DNA of 64,000 nt from Felis catus (taxonomy: Eukaryota). The notes beneath the pieces were generated by a model. It did not search any database. It was given only the letters and a program-made list of their open reading frames with translations, and was not told the DNA's origin. The stretch lies in NCBI RefSeq assembly GCF_018350175.1, contig NC_058368.1, forward strand, positions 17,982,001-18,046,000, written 5' to 3'. Numbering within the stretch: position 1 is the stretch's first letter; each line of letters opens with the position of its first letter. The position numbers and the translations under genes were made by a program. Positions 23,290 through 36,583 of this stretch are shown piece by piece.

Positions 23290-23549
23290 TTTTATTTTAT
23301 TTTATTTTATTTTATTTTATTTTATTTTATTTTATTTTATTTTATTTTATTTATTGATTTATTTTGATAGAGACAAAGATAGCACTAGCAGGGGAGGGGC
23401 AGAGAAAGAGGGAGAGAGAGAATCCCAAGCAGGCTCCACGGTGTTGGCATAGAGCCTGACGTGGGGCTCGAACCCACGAACGGTGAGATCATGACCTGAG
23501 CTGGAACCAAGAGTGGGACGCTTAACCGACTGAGCCACCCAGGCGCCCC
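23290..23549 (-). mobile_element. Can-SINE with (TTTTA)n-expanded tail
   Basis: antisense consensus; TSD aaacttcagt on both sides. Confidence 0.9.
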
Positions 23550-24537
23550 AAACTTCAGTTTGTTTTAATTTTTAATCTTAAAAACTAAAAAAATAAACAA
23601 AGAAGCATTACTAAAAATTTGCTCTACTGACTGGTTCCCTCACTGACCATGTTTCAAGGTCACGTGTCTTATTGAATGCACAGTGTGGGAGGCATCCCAA
23701 AGGAAGAGTGGGTGCTCTGGGAGGCTGAGAGGTTGGGAGGGACCCCTCATTCTCTACTAGTTTTCAGTGAGCTGCTCACTGCAACGTGCTCCCTACCTCT
23801 CAGTGAGTTTGCAGGTTTGCGGGCCCGGTTAGGTGGGTTTATAGCCTATGCCGCTCTCATTTTAACTAAAGGCATGCCCACGAAATGGCAAATAATTTTA
23901 GTGCGTGCGCTGCCAAAGCGAGCACTGGCAAGCAGTTTTACAGGATTTCTTTGGAGAACTCACAGATGAAGATGATGCTAATAATGCCGTCACAGGTCAA
24001 TAAAAAATGGCAGAGCTGACATTCCCTTTACACTAAGTACATGGTGTCTGTCGACCACATTACAAAATGAGCACAGGGGCGATTTGATGAGACCTGAAAA
24101 GAAATACTGTTCTAAAAAATGATCTTTGAAATACGGACATAGATCCAAAGTTACTTACAATGAGCCTTCTCATAAATGGCATGCTATGTGTCATGCCTTT
24201 GTGAAATCTTGGGGCTTTTTACGTCTTTTTGCCACGATAGCCCTTAGAGTAGGTACTGAAATAAACCGAACTTGGAACAGGAAGAGCACCCTCAGCTAGT
24301 GCCTCACAAAGTATGAACCCACTTTTTTAAACATAATGACCCCTGTACATATGCCATAAATATGAATAAATACACATAAAATCTATTCATACCAAATTAC
24401 ATGCTATGGAAATAAACATATATAACATTAGTGATAAAAAGCTAGAGAGCTAAGAAGTTCTTTGAAACATTAAAAATAAAATCATTCAAATACTTTTATT
24501 TTCTATCTCAACTTTTTTAAATTTTTATGCCTGTTTA

Positions 24538-24763
24538 AATTTATTTTTTAATCTTTATTTTTGAGGGACAGAGAGAGAGAGAGAGAGAGAGAGACGGAGT
24601 GCAAGTGGGGGAGGGGCAGAGACAGAGGGAGACACAGAATCCAAGGCTCCAGGCTCCCAGGCTGTCAGCACAGAGCCCGATGTGGGGCTCGAACCCACAA
24701 ACCATGAGATCATGACCTGAGCCGAAGTCGGACGCTTAGCCGACTGAGCCACCCAGGCGCCCC
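24538..24763 (-). mobile_element. Can-SINE
   Basis: antisense consensus. Confidence 0.9.
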
Positions 24764-26668
24764 TTTTTATACCTGCTTAAGAACATATCTAATGTATTAG
24801 TACAGTCATAACTTCAGTATACATTTATAAATATGTGTCTGTGCATTGTACATTCTCAAAATGTTTTACCTGAGAGGGGGTGATAGGTTTTGAATTTTTG
24901 AGGAACTACTGCTTTACGTTTTTGAATTGGGATTCATTAAAGATTTTGATCCAGGAAGGGATACGTGGAGATATACCAAGAACTGTAGGGGAAGAAATGG
25001 CACGAGTGTGCTATAAAAGCAACTATTCGATGATGAACTGTGAGGCAGAAAGAAGGGAGGTGACTCAGAAATCAAGGCTTCAAGAAAGGAGCGAGCGGTG
25101 GAAACAGGAAGGGGAAGCTAGGTGCAGTAGATATCGTGGGGGTAAGGTCTGCAGGATTTCAATAAATGATTCACTACTAGAGAAAGTGAAGGGAGTAACG
25201 GAGGCAAACCAAAGGTAACGAGGAGTTTCTCCCCTGGATAACTGAACCAAAGGCAAGGACATTGATAAAAATACAAATGCTGTCTTCAATTTGGTTTAGA
25301 ATGGAACAGATGATGTACAATTTGAGTCATGGTGTATTTAAATAAATCAGTCTATTTATTTATATTAATTTTTAATCTACTCAACAAATGCTTAATCAAC
25401 TCCTACTACATTCCAGAAACCCTGTAAAGTGCTAAGGATTCAAAGATAAATGAGCTTGTGTCTAGCCTCAGGGAGCTCACGGATTAGTGGGAATAATAAA
25501 AATGTATTGATGATGATATATAATGTGAGAAGTGCAATTACAGAACCATCTGTAGGGGGATTTGCAAACACATGGAGGGACACCTGGCCCGGCTGGGAAC
25601 ATTTTTGGAAGATGAGGCTCTGGAGAAGAGTAAAAGAATGACAAAGTGCGAGCCAAGGGGAGAAGAAAGGGATGTGTTCCAGGCAGAGGGTACAGGACGG
25701 TCAAGGCACAGCACAGGTTCGTGGGAAGCTCAAGCAGAGGGAGTTCAACAGAAATCAGATGCTCTGTGACAGGTGGACTGCTTACTTCTGCAAAGAGGCC
25801 AGGGGCTCATATATTCTGAAAAGAGAATCAATAGCAATCAATTAAAAGTGGAAGGCTGTCAGGTCTATGCAGAATGGCGACCGGAGGAGGGCAAATAAAA
25901 AGAGAGGGAAATTTGCGGTTTAGATCATAGAAGTTGAACAATGAAAATATTAACTGCGGTGATTTAAATTGGAGACATTACTATCCAGTGATTAAACGTG
26001 GTAAGTGTTAAATGACAGAGGCTGGCTGGCAACCTGCAGATGAGAACCATGAGAATAGACAAGAAACACAAGCGGAAGCTTGCACAACCAGATACAGGCA
26101 TCCACAGAAGGAAGGAGGCCACAACCAGAGCTCTAGGAAGCACATGGATGCTTACACCTTACTATGAAAGTGTGTGTGTGTGTGTGAGAAGCCTGAAGCT
26201 GAAAGAGGGTAGGGAATGTGAGAAACTCTACGTGCTCTGCCCAAAAATGAGAAACTGTTGCATGAGATGGGCAAAAATGAAAGATTATCCTTTGGTTCCA
26301 CTGATGGTGGTGGGCAATAGCTCCGACGAATGTGGCAACGACGCGTCACTTTACGGATTATATGCTACATGCTGCACACGTTTGATTCCATCAAATCCTC
26401 GTGATTCAACAATCTGGGTGGCATTACTATGTTTTGCAGATAAGACTCAGAATGGCAGGCGAAAGGTGAATGGCCCAGTGTCATAGTGTCATACTGTGGC
26501 AAAGCTGAGACTCAAACCACAGGACCAGAGCATCGACCACTTCACTAGGGGTTTTCAAATGGGCTCCACAGGGGCCCAAGCACCTTGCAGGGGCAAGCAT
26601 GCTGGACATTTGTAAATTCGTTCTCCTTTTCCGCGGTGACGCTACATCAATCCTTCTGGAAAATTACC

Positions 26669-26897
26669 TTTTTTTTTTTTTTTAATTTTTTTTTCAACGT
26701 TTATTTATTTTTGGGACAGAGAGAGACAGAGCATGAACGGGGGAGGGGCAGAGAGAGAGGGAGACACAGAATCGGAAACAGGCTCCAGGCTCTGAGCCAT
26801 CAGCCCAGAGCCCGACGCGGGGCTCGAACTCACGGAGCGCGAGATCGTGACCTGGCTGAAGTCGGACGCTTAACCGACTGCGCCACCCAGGCGCCCC
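26669..26897 (-). mobile_element. Young feline Can-SINE
   Basis: near-consensus; TSD tggaaaatta on both sides. Confidence 0.95.
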
Positions 26898-27529
26898 TGG
26901 AAAATTATCTTTTGATAATGGAGGTGCTTTTTTCTTAAATGTATATGGATAGCTTTTGTATGCAGAAAGAAATCCTTACATCTGCATTTATTTTCACTGA
27001 TAGTCAACATATTAAAATTTTAAATATAACTTGTACATACAACTTACATATCAAATAAGTCTACTTACTAATCTAGTGATTGTTAATTAATACTCAGCTA
27101 GTCTCTGAAGTTAAGATACTAAATTTCTCCAACCATTTAAGTACAACTCTTAAATTTAACTCGTATGTTAAACATTTCACATTAAAGTCATGCAAAGTGT
27201 ACGTTCTCCTAAATAATTAAAAGTCTTTGTAAATGCAATCGTTTTGATTATCTGAAACTTTTTAACTTAAAATAGATATTTAATACATCTGGTTTTCTGA
27301 AGTACTTCAAACAGATAAGCAAGTGGAATCACAAATGTTACAAAATTTTCTTTAGTACTTAAATGATACTTATAAACCTAAGAATAAAGATTTGATGATT
27401 CAGATTTATTTAAACTTATAAATACTGTTAAAAATTTATCAAATAAGATTGCATCTATTAAGTTTAAAATCACAAAAAACACTATAAATGAAAATTATAA
27501 ATTTAATATGTCATAGTTAACATACAAGA

Positions 27530-27754
27530 TTTTTTAAAATGTTTATTTATTTTGATAGAGCGAGAGAGAGAGAGAGAGAGAGCCCACGTGCAAGTGGGGG
27601 AGGGTCAGAGAGAGAGAGAGGAAGACAGAGAATCCCAAGCAGGCTCCACACTCAGTGCAGAGCCAGATGCGGGGCTCAGTCTTACACCCATGAGATCATG
27701 ACCTGAGCCAAAATCAAGAGTAGGGTGCTTAACTGACTGAGCACCTAGGCACCC
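27530..27754 (-). mobile_element. Can-SINE
   Basis: antisense consensus. Confidence 0.88.
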
Positions 27755-28099
27755 CTTAATATATTAGATTTAAGAACAAGGCAACACACATTTTTCAGAT
27801 GGTTATATATTGTTCAAATTTCCCATTTTCTTTTTTATTTATTTCCTGCAGCTGTGGTCACCTAGATTTGCCCTTAATGTTCTAAATTTGGTATAGAAAT
27901 ATTGATTCCAAGGATTTGATTTTATCATTATTTTTCCTCTGGTTATCTTTGCATTTTCCTGGAGTTGCTGTCATTTGTCCATCTCTTTACTCAAAAAATT
28001 TCAAGTGATGATCAGAGATTCTGGACAGGGACTTGGAACCTAGTGGCAATTTCCAGAATAGCGATACCTGAGCTGCCTGTTAACATACCAGACCTTTTC

Positions 28100-28310
28100 G
28101 GGGCACCTGGGTGGCTCAGTTGGTTAAACATCCAACCTCCACCCAGGTCATGATCTCACAGCTCATGAGTTTGAGCCCCATGTTGGACTCTGTGCTGACA
28201 GCTCAGCACAGAGCCTGGAGCCTGCTTCGGATTCTGTGTCTCCCTGTGTCTCTGTACCTCCTTCAGTTGTGCTCTGTTTCTCTCTCTCTCTCTCAAAAAA
28301 AAAAAGAAAG
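28100..28310 (+). mobile_element. Can-SINE
   Basis: consensus head, (CT)n, A tail. Confidence 0.9.
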
Positions 28311-30567
28311 TTAAAAAATACCAAGCCTTTTCATATAGAAAGGAGGCTTTTCAAATCCTTGCATTTTCTCACAAATAGTTTCATCCTGAGCCATTTTACC
28401 TTTACTATAACTTCTGACACGGCTGTTACCATGCCACCTTCATAAATATAATTGCCGAATTATACCTCCTGCCCCACCTAGCTGCAGTTAACCTCTGCTG
28501 TCTGCTCAAAGTTAATTGGAATCTTCAGGACAGTCTCCCACCTCTCCCCTGCGCTGGGGTTAAAACTAATCTCTTTCCTACCTAGTTGATTTTGCACCTT
28601 TCTTAATAGATTGCTTCCTTATCTGTCTCCCAGACCACAAATTTATAGCTATGAAGTTGACTACAATTACCTTTCTGGTGTTGCACGCTATCGGGTTGGG
28701 ATTGCAAATCATGATGTCCTGACCAACGGATGGGCATGTGGCCAAAGTGGACTTGCTTCAGGACTTTTAATGTTGAGCAAAGGCAAAAAACCAAAAACCA
28801 AAACCAAACCAAACCAAAACAAACAAAAATAAACCTAGCAGGAGTGCCCTAAAACCCAAATAGTGGTTCTAGCCGCTAAGATCTCCCATGGCTATCTGTT
28901 CAGTTGAGCCTTCAGTCTTCCCTTCAGCCCTTTGAGTCTTCATACCCTTCCAATAAATTACACTGTCAGTTACTTTGCAGCCTCAAAACTCCAAGTGATA
29001 CAGGCAGCTAGAGGAGGCTGTACAGATGAAGAAAGGGTCGTCCTTAGTGGAGAAAGGGCAAGAGGCTTCAGTCAGATCAGCCACACTGTTATCTGTCCTG
29101 CAAATTTCATTTGAAGAAGGTTGGAAATAATTTTATTGCTAAAAAATTTGAGACCATTACATCCACCACTGCTAAGGTTGCAGAGAATTTAAACTGAAGG
29201 GTGAGAACTACTGGAGAAAATGTCTGAATAAAAAAGAATATGAGAAACTGGAAGGCACTTTCAAAATTCATGAAGTCACAGGGAGATCAGAGAAATCAGT
29301 ATGTACTTCAACGTGAGAAGCCTCAATGCCTAAAAACTGAGGAGTGAGTGGTAAAGGCAAAAAATAGGAGGTGCGAAAAAAGGGCTAGGAAGTTGTGATT
29401 CAAGATGCATAGGAGACATGGGATCATTACTCCAAGTCCCTGAGAGAAATATGCAGCAAAGACAGAATGTGCTACCAGGACCTCCACAGAGAAACAGCAA
29501 GAAGACAGCACCTCATAAGTTTTATGCATGCCATTCTCCAAACTGGAGATCAGTATTTGTCCTGTTTCTCCTGCAGCCAGAATATATGATCTACAGATAA
29601 AGGGCGTGGGTGGGAATGGCATCTCCACGGTATCTATTACCCACTTGCAAACATTTTGCTCTTGGTCTCCAAAAGTCTGGCACTGCTGCTGATGTTGACT
29701 CTGGAATTCTGTGTTGGGTGCACTTCTGTCTTCTAAAAGTATGAGAATAGATGTGTGTTATTGCATAACTTAGATCTTGTCATTAAAAGTGTCAGGGCCC
29801 TAGGAAAGAGAACTAACATATTCCAGGAGTAATAATAGTTGTCCGAATTGAACCAGATATTGAGACTCCTTCCTAGTGGAAGTGGGTGAACAGACGAAAA
29901 AGGGGGTTATATGGTTGTGCAGAGTGACGGATCCTGACCATAAAGGGGAAGTTGGGTGTTGCTATATAGTAGAGCCAGAAAGAAGTAAGGACAGCCATCT
30001 ACAGAATTCCCTGAGTACTTCCTAGGACTTCCATGTCCAGGGGCCAAATTCAAAGGAAACCACAGTAACTTCATACAGCCAGACCCCTCAGAGGCCCAGC
30101 TGCTTTTGGCATGGCAGTTTGGGTCACCTCAGTGGATAAAGAACTTTGGTCAACTGATGTGTTGGCTGAAGACAAAGGGGTCGTGGAAAGAACAGAAATC
30201 CCGAGTTCCAATGACAGCTCTGTGAAGTTGTAGAAATAAAAACTCTGACATTACCCCTGTTTTCTGACTTTTCTTTCTCGAATAGCACTTTTTAAAAAAC
30301 TGGTGCTCGGTGGTTACTTTACAGTTTAATCCATAGATTACATGATATTGGGGGGAGCAAAACTAGAGAGAATTCTGACTTTGAGCTTTTGACTTTGGAA
30401 TAGACAAACAGATTTGATTTTGGCTTGTTACCTCACGGGATAAAGTAAGTGGGGTTTTGGTTATGTGGTAAATAAATTACATTAAATGAGGCAAAAATAT
30501 TTTTTAAGGATAAGTATGGGAAGAAGAGCACATGTTGATATTATCCACTTGAAGGGGCAAATTGTGA

Positions 30568-30770
30568 GGGGCGCCTGGGTGGCTCAGTCAGTTGAGCCTC
30601 TGTCTTCGGCTCAGGTCATGATCTCATAATTCGTGGGTTCAAGCCCCGTGTCAGGCTCTGTGCTGACAGCTCGGAGCCTGAAGCTTGCTTCGGGTTCTGT
30701 GTCTACCTCTCTTTCTGCCTCTGTCCCACTTGCATTCTGTCTCTCTCAAAAATGAATAAACGTTTAAAAA
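30568..30770 (+). mobile_element. Can-SINE
   Basis: TSD aaggggc/taaattgtg. Confidence 0.9.
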
Positions 30771-31034
30771 AATTTTGTTTCAAAGGGGTAAATTGTGGTA
30801 GACATTTGCAATATACGTATGTGTATGCATGCGTGCATGTGTGGGAGAGGGAGTTGCATGGTATACGAATATTCTTTCTAGTTTTGAGCAATTGTCCACT
30901 TTCTCAGCTCCCTGACAATGCGCACAAATCTGTTACCTGAGCTCTGCCGATGGGAAGCACTTGTCCTAGACTTTGAAACAAGAGAAAGTGGCACAAAAAG
31001 CAGAGACAGTGGAGAACTCCTCAGGAATGGTAAA

Positions 31035-31257
31035 TTTTTTTTTAAATTTTTTTTCAACGTTTATTTATTTTTGGGACAGAGAGAGACAGAGCATGAATGG
31101 GGGAGGGGCAGAGAGAGAGGGAGACACAGAATCAGAAACAGGCTCCAGGCTCTGGGCCATCAGCCCAGAGCCCCACGCGGGGCTCGAACTCACAGACCGC
31201 GAGATCGTGACCTGGCTGAAGTCGGACGCTTAACCAACTGCGCCACCCAGGCGCCCC
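31035..31257 (-). mobile_element. Young feline Can-SINE
   Basis: TSD aggaatggtaaa on both sides. Confidence 0.95.
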
Positions 31258-31568
31258 AGGAATGGTAAAATTTTAAGCAACATAGTCTCCAAAGAGCATT
31301 GGCAATTGTGCCACGGAGGCATCCTACATCCAGGGTCAGGAACGTGGCTACAGTGACCCGTGGATCCCAGGCTTCAGCAGTAATGACACTGGGACCCACA
31401 GCGAGCTGCTGTGTGGGGTGATTTTGGCAACTGTTCCATGTGGCCCATCTCCTTTCGTTTCTGCCTCTTTTCGGAGCACGGCTCTTCACCCTTCCTGTTG
31501 ATTCTGAGATTTACCCAATATCCTCTTGTTAAATAAATTTCTCCTTAAGCCATCCACAGTCAGCTCCT

Positions 31569-31782
31569 ATTTTTTTTTTTTCAACGTTTATTTATTTTTG
31601 GGACAGAGAGAGACAGAGCATGAACGGGGGAGGGGCAGAGAGAGAGGGAGACACAGAATCGGAAACAGGCTCCAGGCTCTGAGCCATCAGCCCAGAGCCC
31701 CGTCGGGCTCGAACTCCTGGACCGCGAGATCGTGACCTGGCTGAAGTCGGACGCTTAACCGACTGCGCCACCCAGGCGCCCC
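31569..31782 (-). mobile_element. Young feline Can-SINE
   Basis: TSD acagtcagctcctatt on both sides. Confidence 0.95.
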
Positions 31783-31824
31783 AACAGTCAGCTCCTATTA
31801 ACTGCAATTAAGAACTCTAACTTA

Positions 31825-32043
31825 GGGGCACCTGGGTGGCTCAGTTGGTTCAGCACCCGACTCTTGGTTTTGGCTCAGGTCATGATCTCACAGTTGGTGG
31901 GCTGGAGCCCCACTCGGGCTCTGCATTGGCAGCATGGAGCCTGCTTGGGATTCTCTCTCTCCCTCTCTCTCTGCCCCTCCCCTGCTTGTGCTCTGTCTCT
32001 CCATCTCAAAGACACATTAAAAACAATTTTTTTTTAAAGAAAA
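31825..32043 (+). mobile_element. Can-SINE
   Basis: consensus head and tail. Confidence 0.88.
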
Positions 32044-32649
32044 ATAATGCTGGTGTCAATATGAAGGCAGTAAGAATGGGGTCAAGTCAATGCCAGCATA
32101 AAATGCATTTGGACGTTTAGTTACAAAATTTTAACTATGTTCCAAGTAAGAAGTGTACACAACTCAAAACCAAAACAAGGAAGCAGTAATAGAATTTGGC
32201 AACTAATTACCAACTTAGCTAGAAGTAGCTATGCAATCGAAGGTTAGCCATATAGCCTTGGAAAGATTGTTAGTCTTGGATTACTCATCAGAGTACTAAT
32301 TATATGATAACATGGTAATGATCCTTATGCTGCAGGGTAGTTATCAAGATAAGGATAGTATATTAAAAATATCTAGCACTGAGTCAGATTATCAGTACAT
32401 TTGAACGCTAAGCGATAGGAGCTATTGCTATTAATACAGTGAAAAATACAGAGGGCTGAAAATTCTATGACTCACCAGATATGGCTTTAATACATGTCAT
32501 ATCATATTTTAATGAAGCCATGCCAGTATAATATGATTCCCACTTATTTCAGAAGCCAAATGATTTCAACCATCACTTGGAAGGTAAGAATCTCTACATT
32601 TTACTCTACAGCACATTTCCCCTGTAGTTATGTAAGAATTCTTTACTTG

Positions 32650-32716
32650 TTTTGTTTTAAGTTTATTTATTTATTTTTGAGAGGGAGAGAGAGAGGGAGG
32701 AGGGAGAAAGAGGGAG

Positions 32717-32771
<55 letters not shown>

Positions 32772-32919
32772 AGCCAGCGGGGGAGGGACAGAGAACTAGG
32801 GAGACAGAGAATCCCAAGCAGGGCTAGGACAAGGGGCTTGGACCCACCAACTGTGAGATCATGATGTGAGCTAAAACCAAGAGTCTGACGCTTAACCGAC
32901 TGAGCCACCCAGGCACTCC
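32650..32919 (-). mobile_element. Can-SINE with long (GA)n
   Basis: antisense consensus; (GA)n ~32722-32767. Confidence 0.88.
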
Positions 32920-33659
32920 AAGAATGCTTTACCCTTTTATGTGCGTGTTTTTATTCTCCCATTAAACTGAAATATTTAAGCCAGAGCCTGTGTTTTAATT
33001 CTTTTAGTGCTCTAGTATACTAAAGAGCTCAGTATACAAAATTACCTTTCACATTTTCACGAAAAGAAAACCTTTATGTTCAATTATATACATACGTATA
33101 TATAAATACATGTCTGACAAGGCTCACCAGAACATTTATTTTAACATTTGAAACATATTGATGTTAAGCATTTAACTTATAATTTATAGTTAGCCTTATG
33201 GGACATATGATAATTAAAACATATACAAATGGCTTTAAGTATGTTTAAATTGTGCAATAATTTCTGTTTTTATACAACCACATAATATTCTAATTTTCAA
33301 ATGATTTTGCTTCCTTTTTTTACAACTGCAAATTCAGAGAAGTACAAGTGAGCAAAGAAAAACAGACCATAATTACCCTACCTTAATAATCTCTGTTAAT
33401 AATTCAGTGGCACATGGGTTAAGATAGGAATTTTCAGTCCATTTAGAAACGTACAAAATGAAAAGTAAAAGCCTCCCTTCCACAGGAAAGCCACCCTGAA
33501 AAAAAAGAAAAAGCTAAAGTTTAAGTGTATCTGTCTCTTACACACAGGGATCACACTATATGCACTATAATGCATGTTGCTTTTTCCATATATTGTATTT
33601 TGGAATTCTTTCTACATTAGCATTTAAATTTCCTTTGTGGCAGATAACAGTTGCATAGT

Positions 33660-33664
33660 ATTGT

Positions 33665-33697
<33 letters not shown>

Positions 33698-33875
33698 TAA
33701 GTTTCTTTATTTTGAGAGAGAGAGAGAGAGCAGGGGCAGAGAGAGAAAGAATCCCAAGCAGTCTCCACACTGTCAGTGTGGAGCTCGTCATGGGCTCAAA
33801 CTCACAAGCTGTGAGATCATGCCTTAGGTAAAATCAGAAGTCAATCGATTAACTGACTTAGCCACCCAGGCACCC
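33660..33875 (-). mobile_element. Can-SINE with (GTT)n tail microsatellite
   Basis: antisense consensus; (GTT)n ~33665-33695. Confidence 0.85.
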
Positions 33876-34899
33876 GAATTGCATAGTATCGTACTGAGTG
33901 AACGAACCATAATTTATTTGTTCAGTACTTTATCAGTGGACACTTTGGTTGTTTCTAGTTTCTCTTTCTCTTGCTCCCTCCCTCCTCTTTATTTTTCCCT
34001 CAATAACACTTGCAAGTTTTCCTCATCTAAGTCCTATGTATTTCTTATTGGGGTCATAGGGACTTTACAGTCGTTTCTTTTTGCCAGTTGAGCCATTTCT
34101 TCACTTGCCGGAACTGGGGTGAGTGTCTTGGTCAGGTATACACATATGTCTATGTCTATGTCTATACATACACACACGACAACGCAAATTAAGGACAAAA
34201 GCTAAATGGTTAGTGTTTCAGAAAAATACTAAACAAGAAGTTCAGAGATTTTGTTCTGATCCAATTTTTTTTTAAGTGAGAAAAGAAATGTAAAAAACAA
34301 CAATATTTGTTATCTAGACCCTCTGGGGAATTTATTTTTCATCTTATTACTCCCTCATCTGTTATTCTGCAGCCGCACTGGCTTTGGCCAATTCACGGAC
34401 CCTCCAAGTTTCTTCTTGTCTTTGGACCTTTCCATTTATACACTCTGGTGGGGGGGGGGGACGATTTCACCCCATGTTTCAGACTCTCCTTCAAATCTCA
34501 GTTTAAATGTGAACTCCTTACCAGACCTTCCTGGGTGAAGTAGGACCCTCCCTTCACTATTCTCTTTCAACTCTGCACTTCAATACCTTCAGAGCACTCA
34601 TCACAATCTTAACATTTAACTCCTCTGTCTCAGACATCCCCTAATGCCTACTCGAGTACCTAGCATGTAATACACCTTTAATAAATACTTTACAAAAAAA
34701 AAAATCAGGTAAAATGAATTTAATTACTGTAGAATTTATACGCCAGGCACGGGTGTCAAGTGTATGTTACTCAAACTTAGCTTAGATTTTCATTGATTCA
34801 GGATTCTGAAATCCTTTTAACCGTAATCCCCAAACTTTAAACACGATTATATTTCCAGACCGTATGCGAAACCTCCCCTCAGTCTCCCCTTCCCTAAGG

Positions 34900-35700
34900 A
34901 TCTGCCCACCTACCCCTCGCTCTAACCCCGCCTCTCCAGCAGCGTGGCTCAGCTGAGCAGGGCTGGCGGAGCCTTCCGGGACCCGGGGCGCATGCGCGCA
35001 GTCCACGCACACGCGCAGTACTCGCGCGGCCTGCGCGGGTCCCTGCCGAAAGCCTAGGGGGTCCCCTCGGAGTTGGGGGCGGGGTCTGCGACACTATGGC
35101 CGAGAGCGGTGGGGAAGTGGTAGCGGTACCCGCGTCCGCGGCTGCCAACGGCCTCAGCAATGGGGCAGGCGGGGGCCCGGCGCAGACCAACAACCCGCTG
35201 TCGCGGAAGCTGCATAAGATCCTGGAGACGCGGCTGGACAACGACAAGGTAACCGGGGCTATCAGGGCCCGGGGTCCAGAGTCGTCCGCGGAGTTGACCC
35301 TGGCCGGGGGAGGCGTTTGTCGACACCCACTGCCTCGTGCCTCCATCCCTCCGGATCCGGCGTGGGGCGAGTAGGAAGAGGGAGGCCGAGGGCCCCTGGA
35401 AAAGCGAAAAGGTGTCTTGGGTGTCACCCCTTATTTGAAAAACCTGTCCTGGAAGACTCTGGATCCAGGTAGCCAACCGTGGAATCTCCGTACCCCGGAG
35501 GTGTTCGGGGGTCTGAGCAGGGAGAGAGCAGAGCCCCGGGCAGGCTTAGAAGCCTGTGTCGGAGTAACTTACGAGACAAGACAACGCAAAGTGGGTAGGA
35601 GGGACTGGGGAACCCGGATAGGCATAATTGAGCGTTTCCACTTGACGAGTGAGAACGACTGGAGTGATTTGCAGCGCGAGAGAACTACTGTTTGCTCATA
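34900..35700 (+). promoter_or_regulatory. CpG-island promoter of COG6 (housekeeping type)
   Basis: Sharp GC/CpG rise around exon 1. Palindromic NRF1 site GCGCATGCGC 34988-34997; ETS/GABP-type CTTCCGG 34973-34979; GC box GGGGGCGGGG 35075-35084; no obvious TATA box. Confidence 0.85.
35096..35248 (+). CDS. COG6: COG6 coding exon 1
   Basis: ATG in strong Kozak context (actATGG); [51 protein letters not shown]; donor AAG|GTAACC. Confidence 0.96.
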
Positions 35701-36536
35701 GCTCAAACGAAATAATTTGTATCAGTTTTTGTTGTTAGCTAAGCACTGTCTGTGATATCTGGGCTCATGCTGTTTTTCTTTGCAAGATAAACTGTCCACA
35801 TCCTCTCCCGAGTAGCACCGGAAACTCCTCCGTTCAGCCCCTGTCCTAGGTGATGATCTCTTCTGTATCTTTGAATCTTTAGGTAAATTGGTCATGTCAG
35901 TAGACATAAAGAAAAAGTATATGTAGCAGTGAGAGAGACCTTTATAGATAAATTTGTAGGTAACTGAAAATAAGCCCTCAATAAGAATGTGTATAAAAAA
36001 TAACATTATAACATAGTAAGAAAGACGGGCTCTGGGGCCACCGCTTATTGGATACAGCCATCAAACCGAAGCACTATGATTTGAGTAAGTCCTTTAATTT
36101 CTCTAAGCTTGTTTCTCATCATTTCTAAATTGGGACTTCTGCTGGTAACTTTCTCAGGGTTGTTGTGGAGATTCACCAAGAGAGTCTGTCTGGGGTTCTC
36201 AGCACAGTGCCTGGCCCTTACTGTTGCTTATTAAATGTTCATGTTATCATACAGTTTATTACGTGTTTAATGTGTCTGATACTGGCATGTATGATCTCAT
36301 TTAATACAGCTACTATGATGTAGGTAACATTATCTCTCTTTTTACCCAGGAGAAAAATAAGGTATGGAAAAAGTATAACTAGGTTAAATCATACGATCAA
36401 ATAACTGAGGAAACTGTAATTTGCACCTGTGTGTGTGGTCTTGTCCATTCATGATTTACTAACCACTTCTGAGCCAGGCCTAGGAAATTTCAAGGTTGTA
36501 GTCAAAAGAAGTGGCTTCATTCTATGGTTTTCCTTT

Positions 36537-36583
<47 letters not shown>

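Larger units (their letters stand above)
29300..31822 (+). mobile_element. Degraded ERVL/MaLR internal region plus 3' LTR (MLT1-like), interrupted by SINEs
   Basis: RVTDPDHKGEVG (29921-29956) resembles the ERVL dUTPase-region motif GVIDPDYQGEIG. Purine tract then tgtgg at ~30786-30797. LTR end aataaatttctccttaagc...aactgcaattaagaactctaact. Left boundary uncertain. Confidence 0.55.

Noticed and set aside
23200..24915. Possible degraded hAT/Charlie transposon (similar AT-rich tracts at ~26545-27800 and ~11530-12250)
   Set aside because: Only a vague resemblance; termini and family could not be fixed by eye. Needs RepeatMasker.
1..34900. Exons of the syntenic neighbour LHFPL6 or any other protein-coding gene
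   Set aside because: No recognisable coding exons were found; the neighbour presumably lies outside the window.
35249..35374. C-terminal part of the 92-aa ORF starting at the COG6 ATG
   Set aside because: Read-through into intron 1 past the GTAACC donor.
34782..35476. Antisense ORFs (76-177 aa) over COG6 exon 1
   Set aside because: GC-rich CpG-island shadow ORFs with no recognisable protein similarity.
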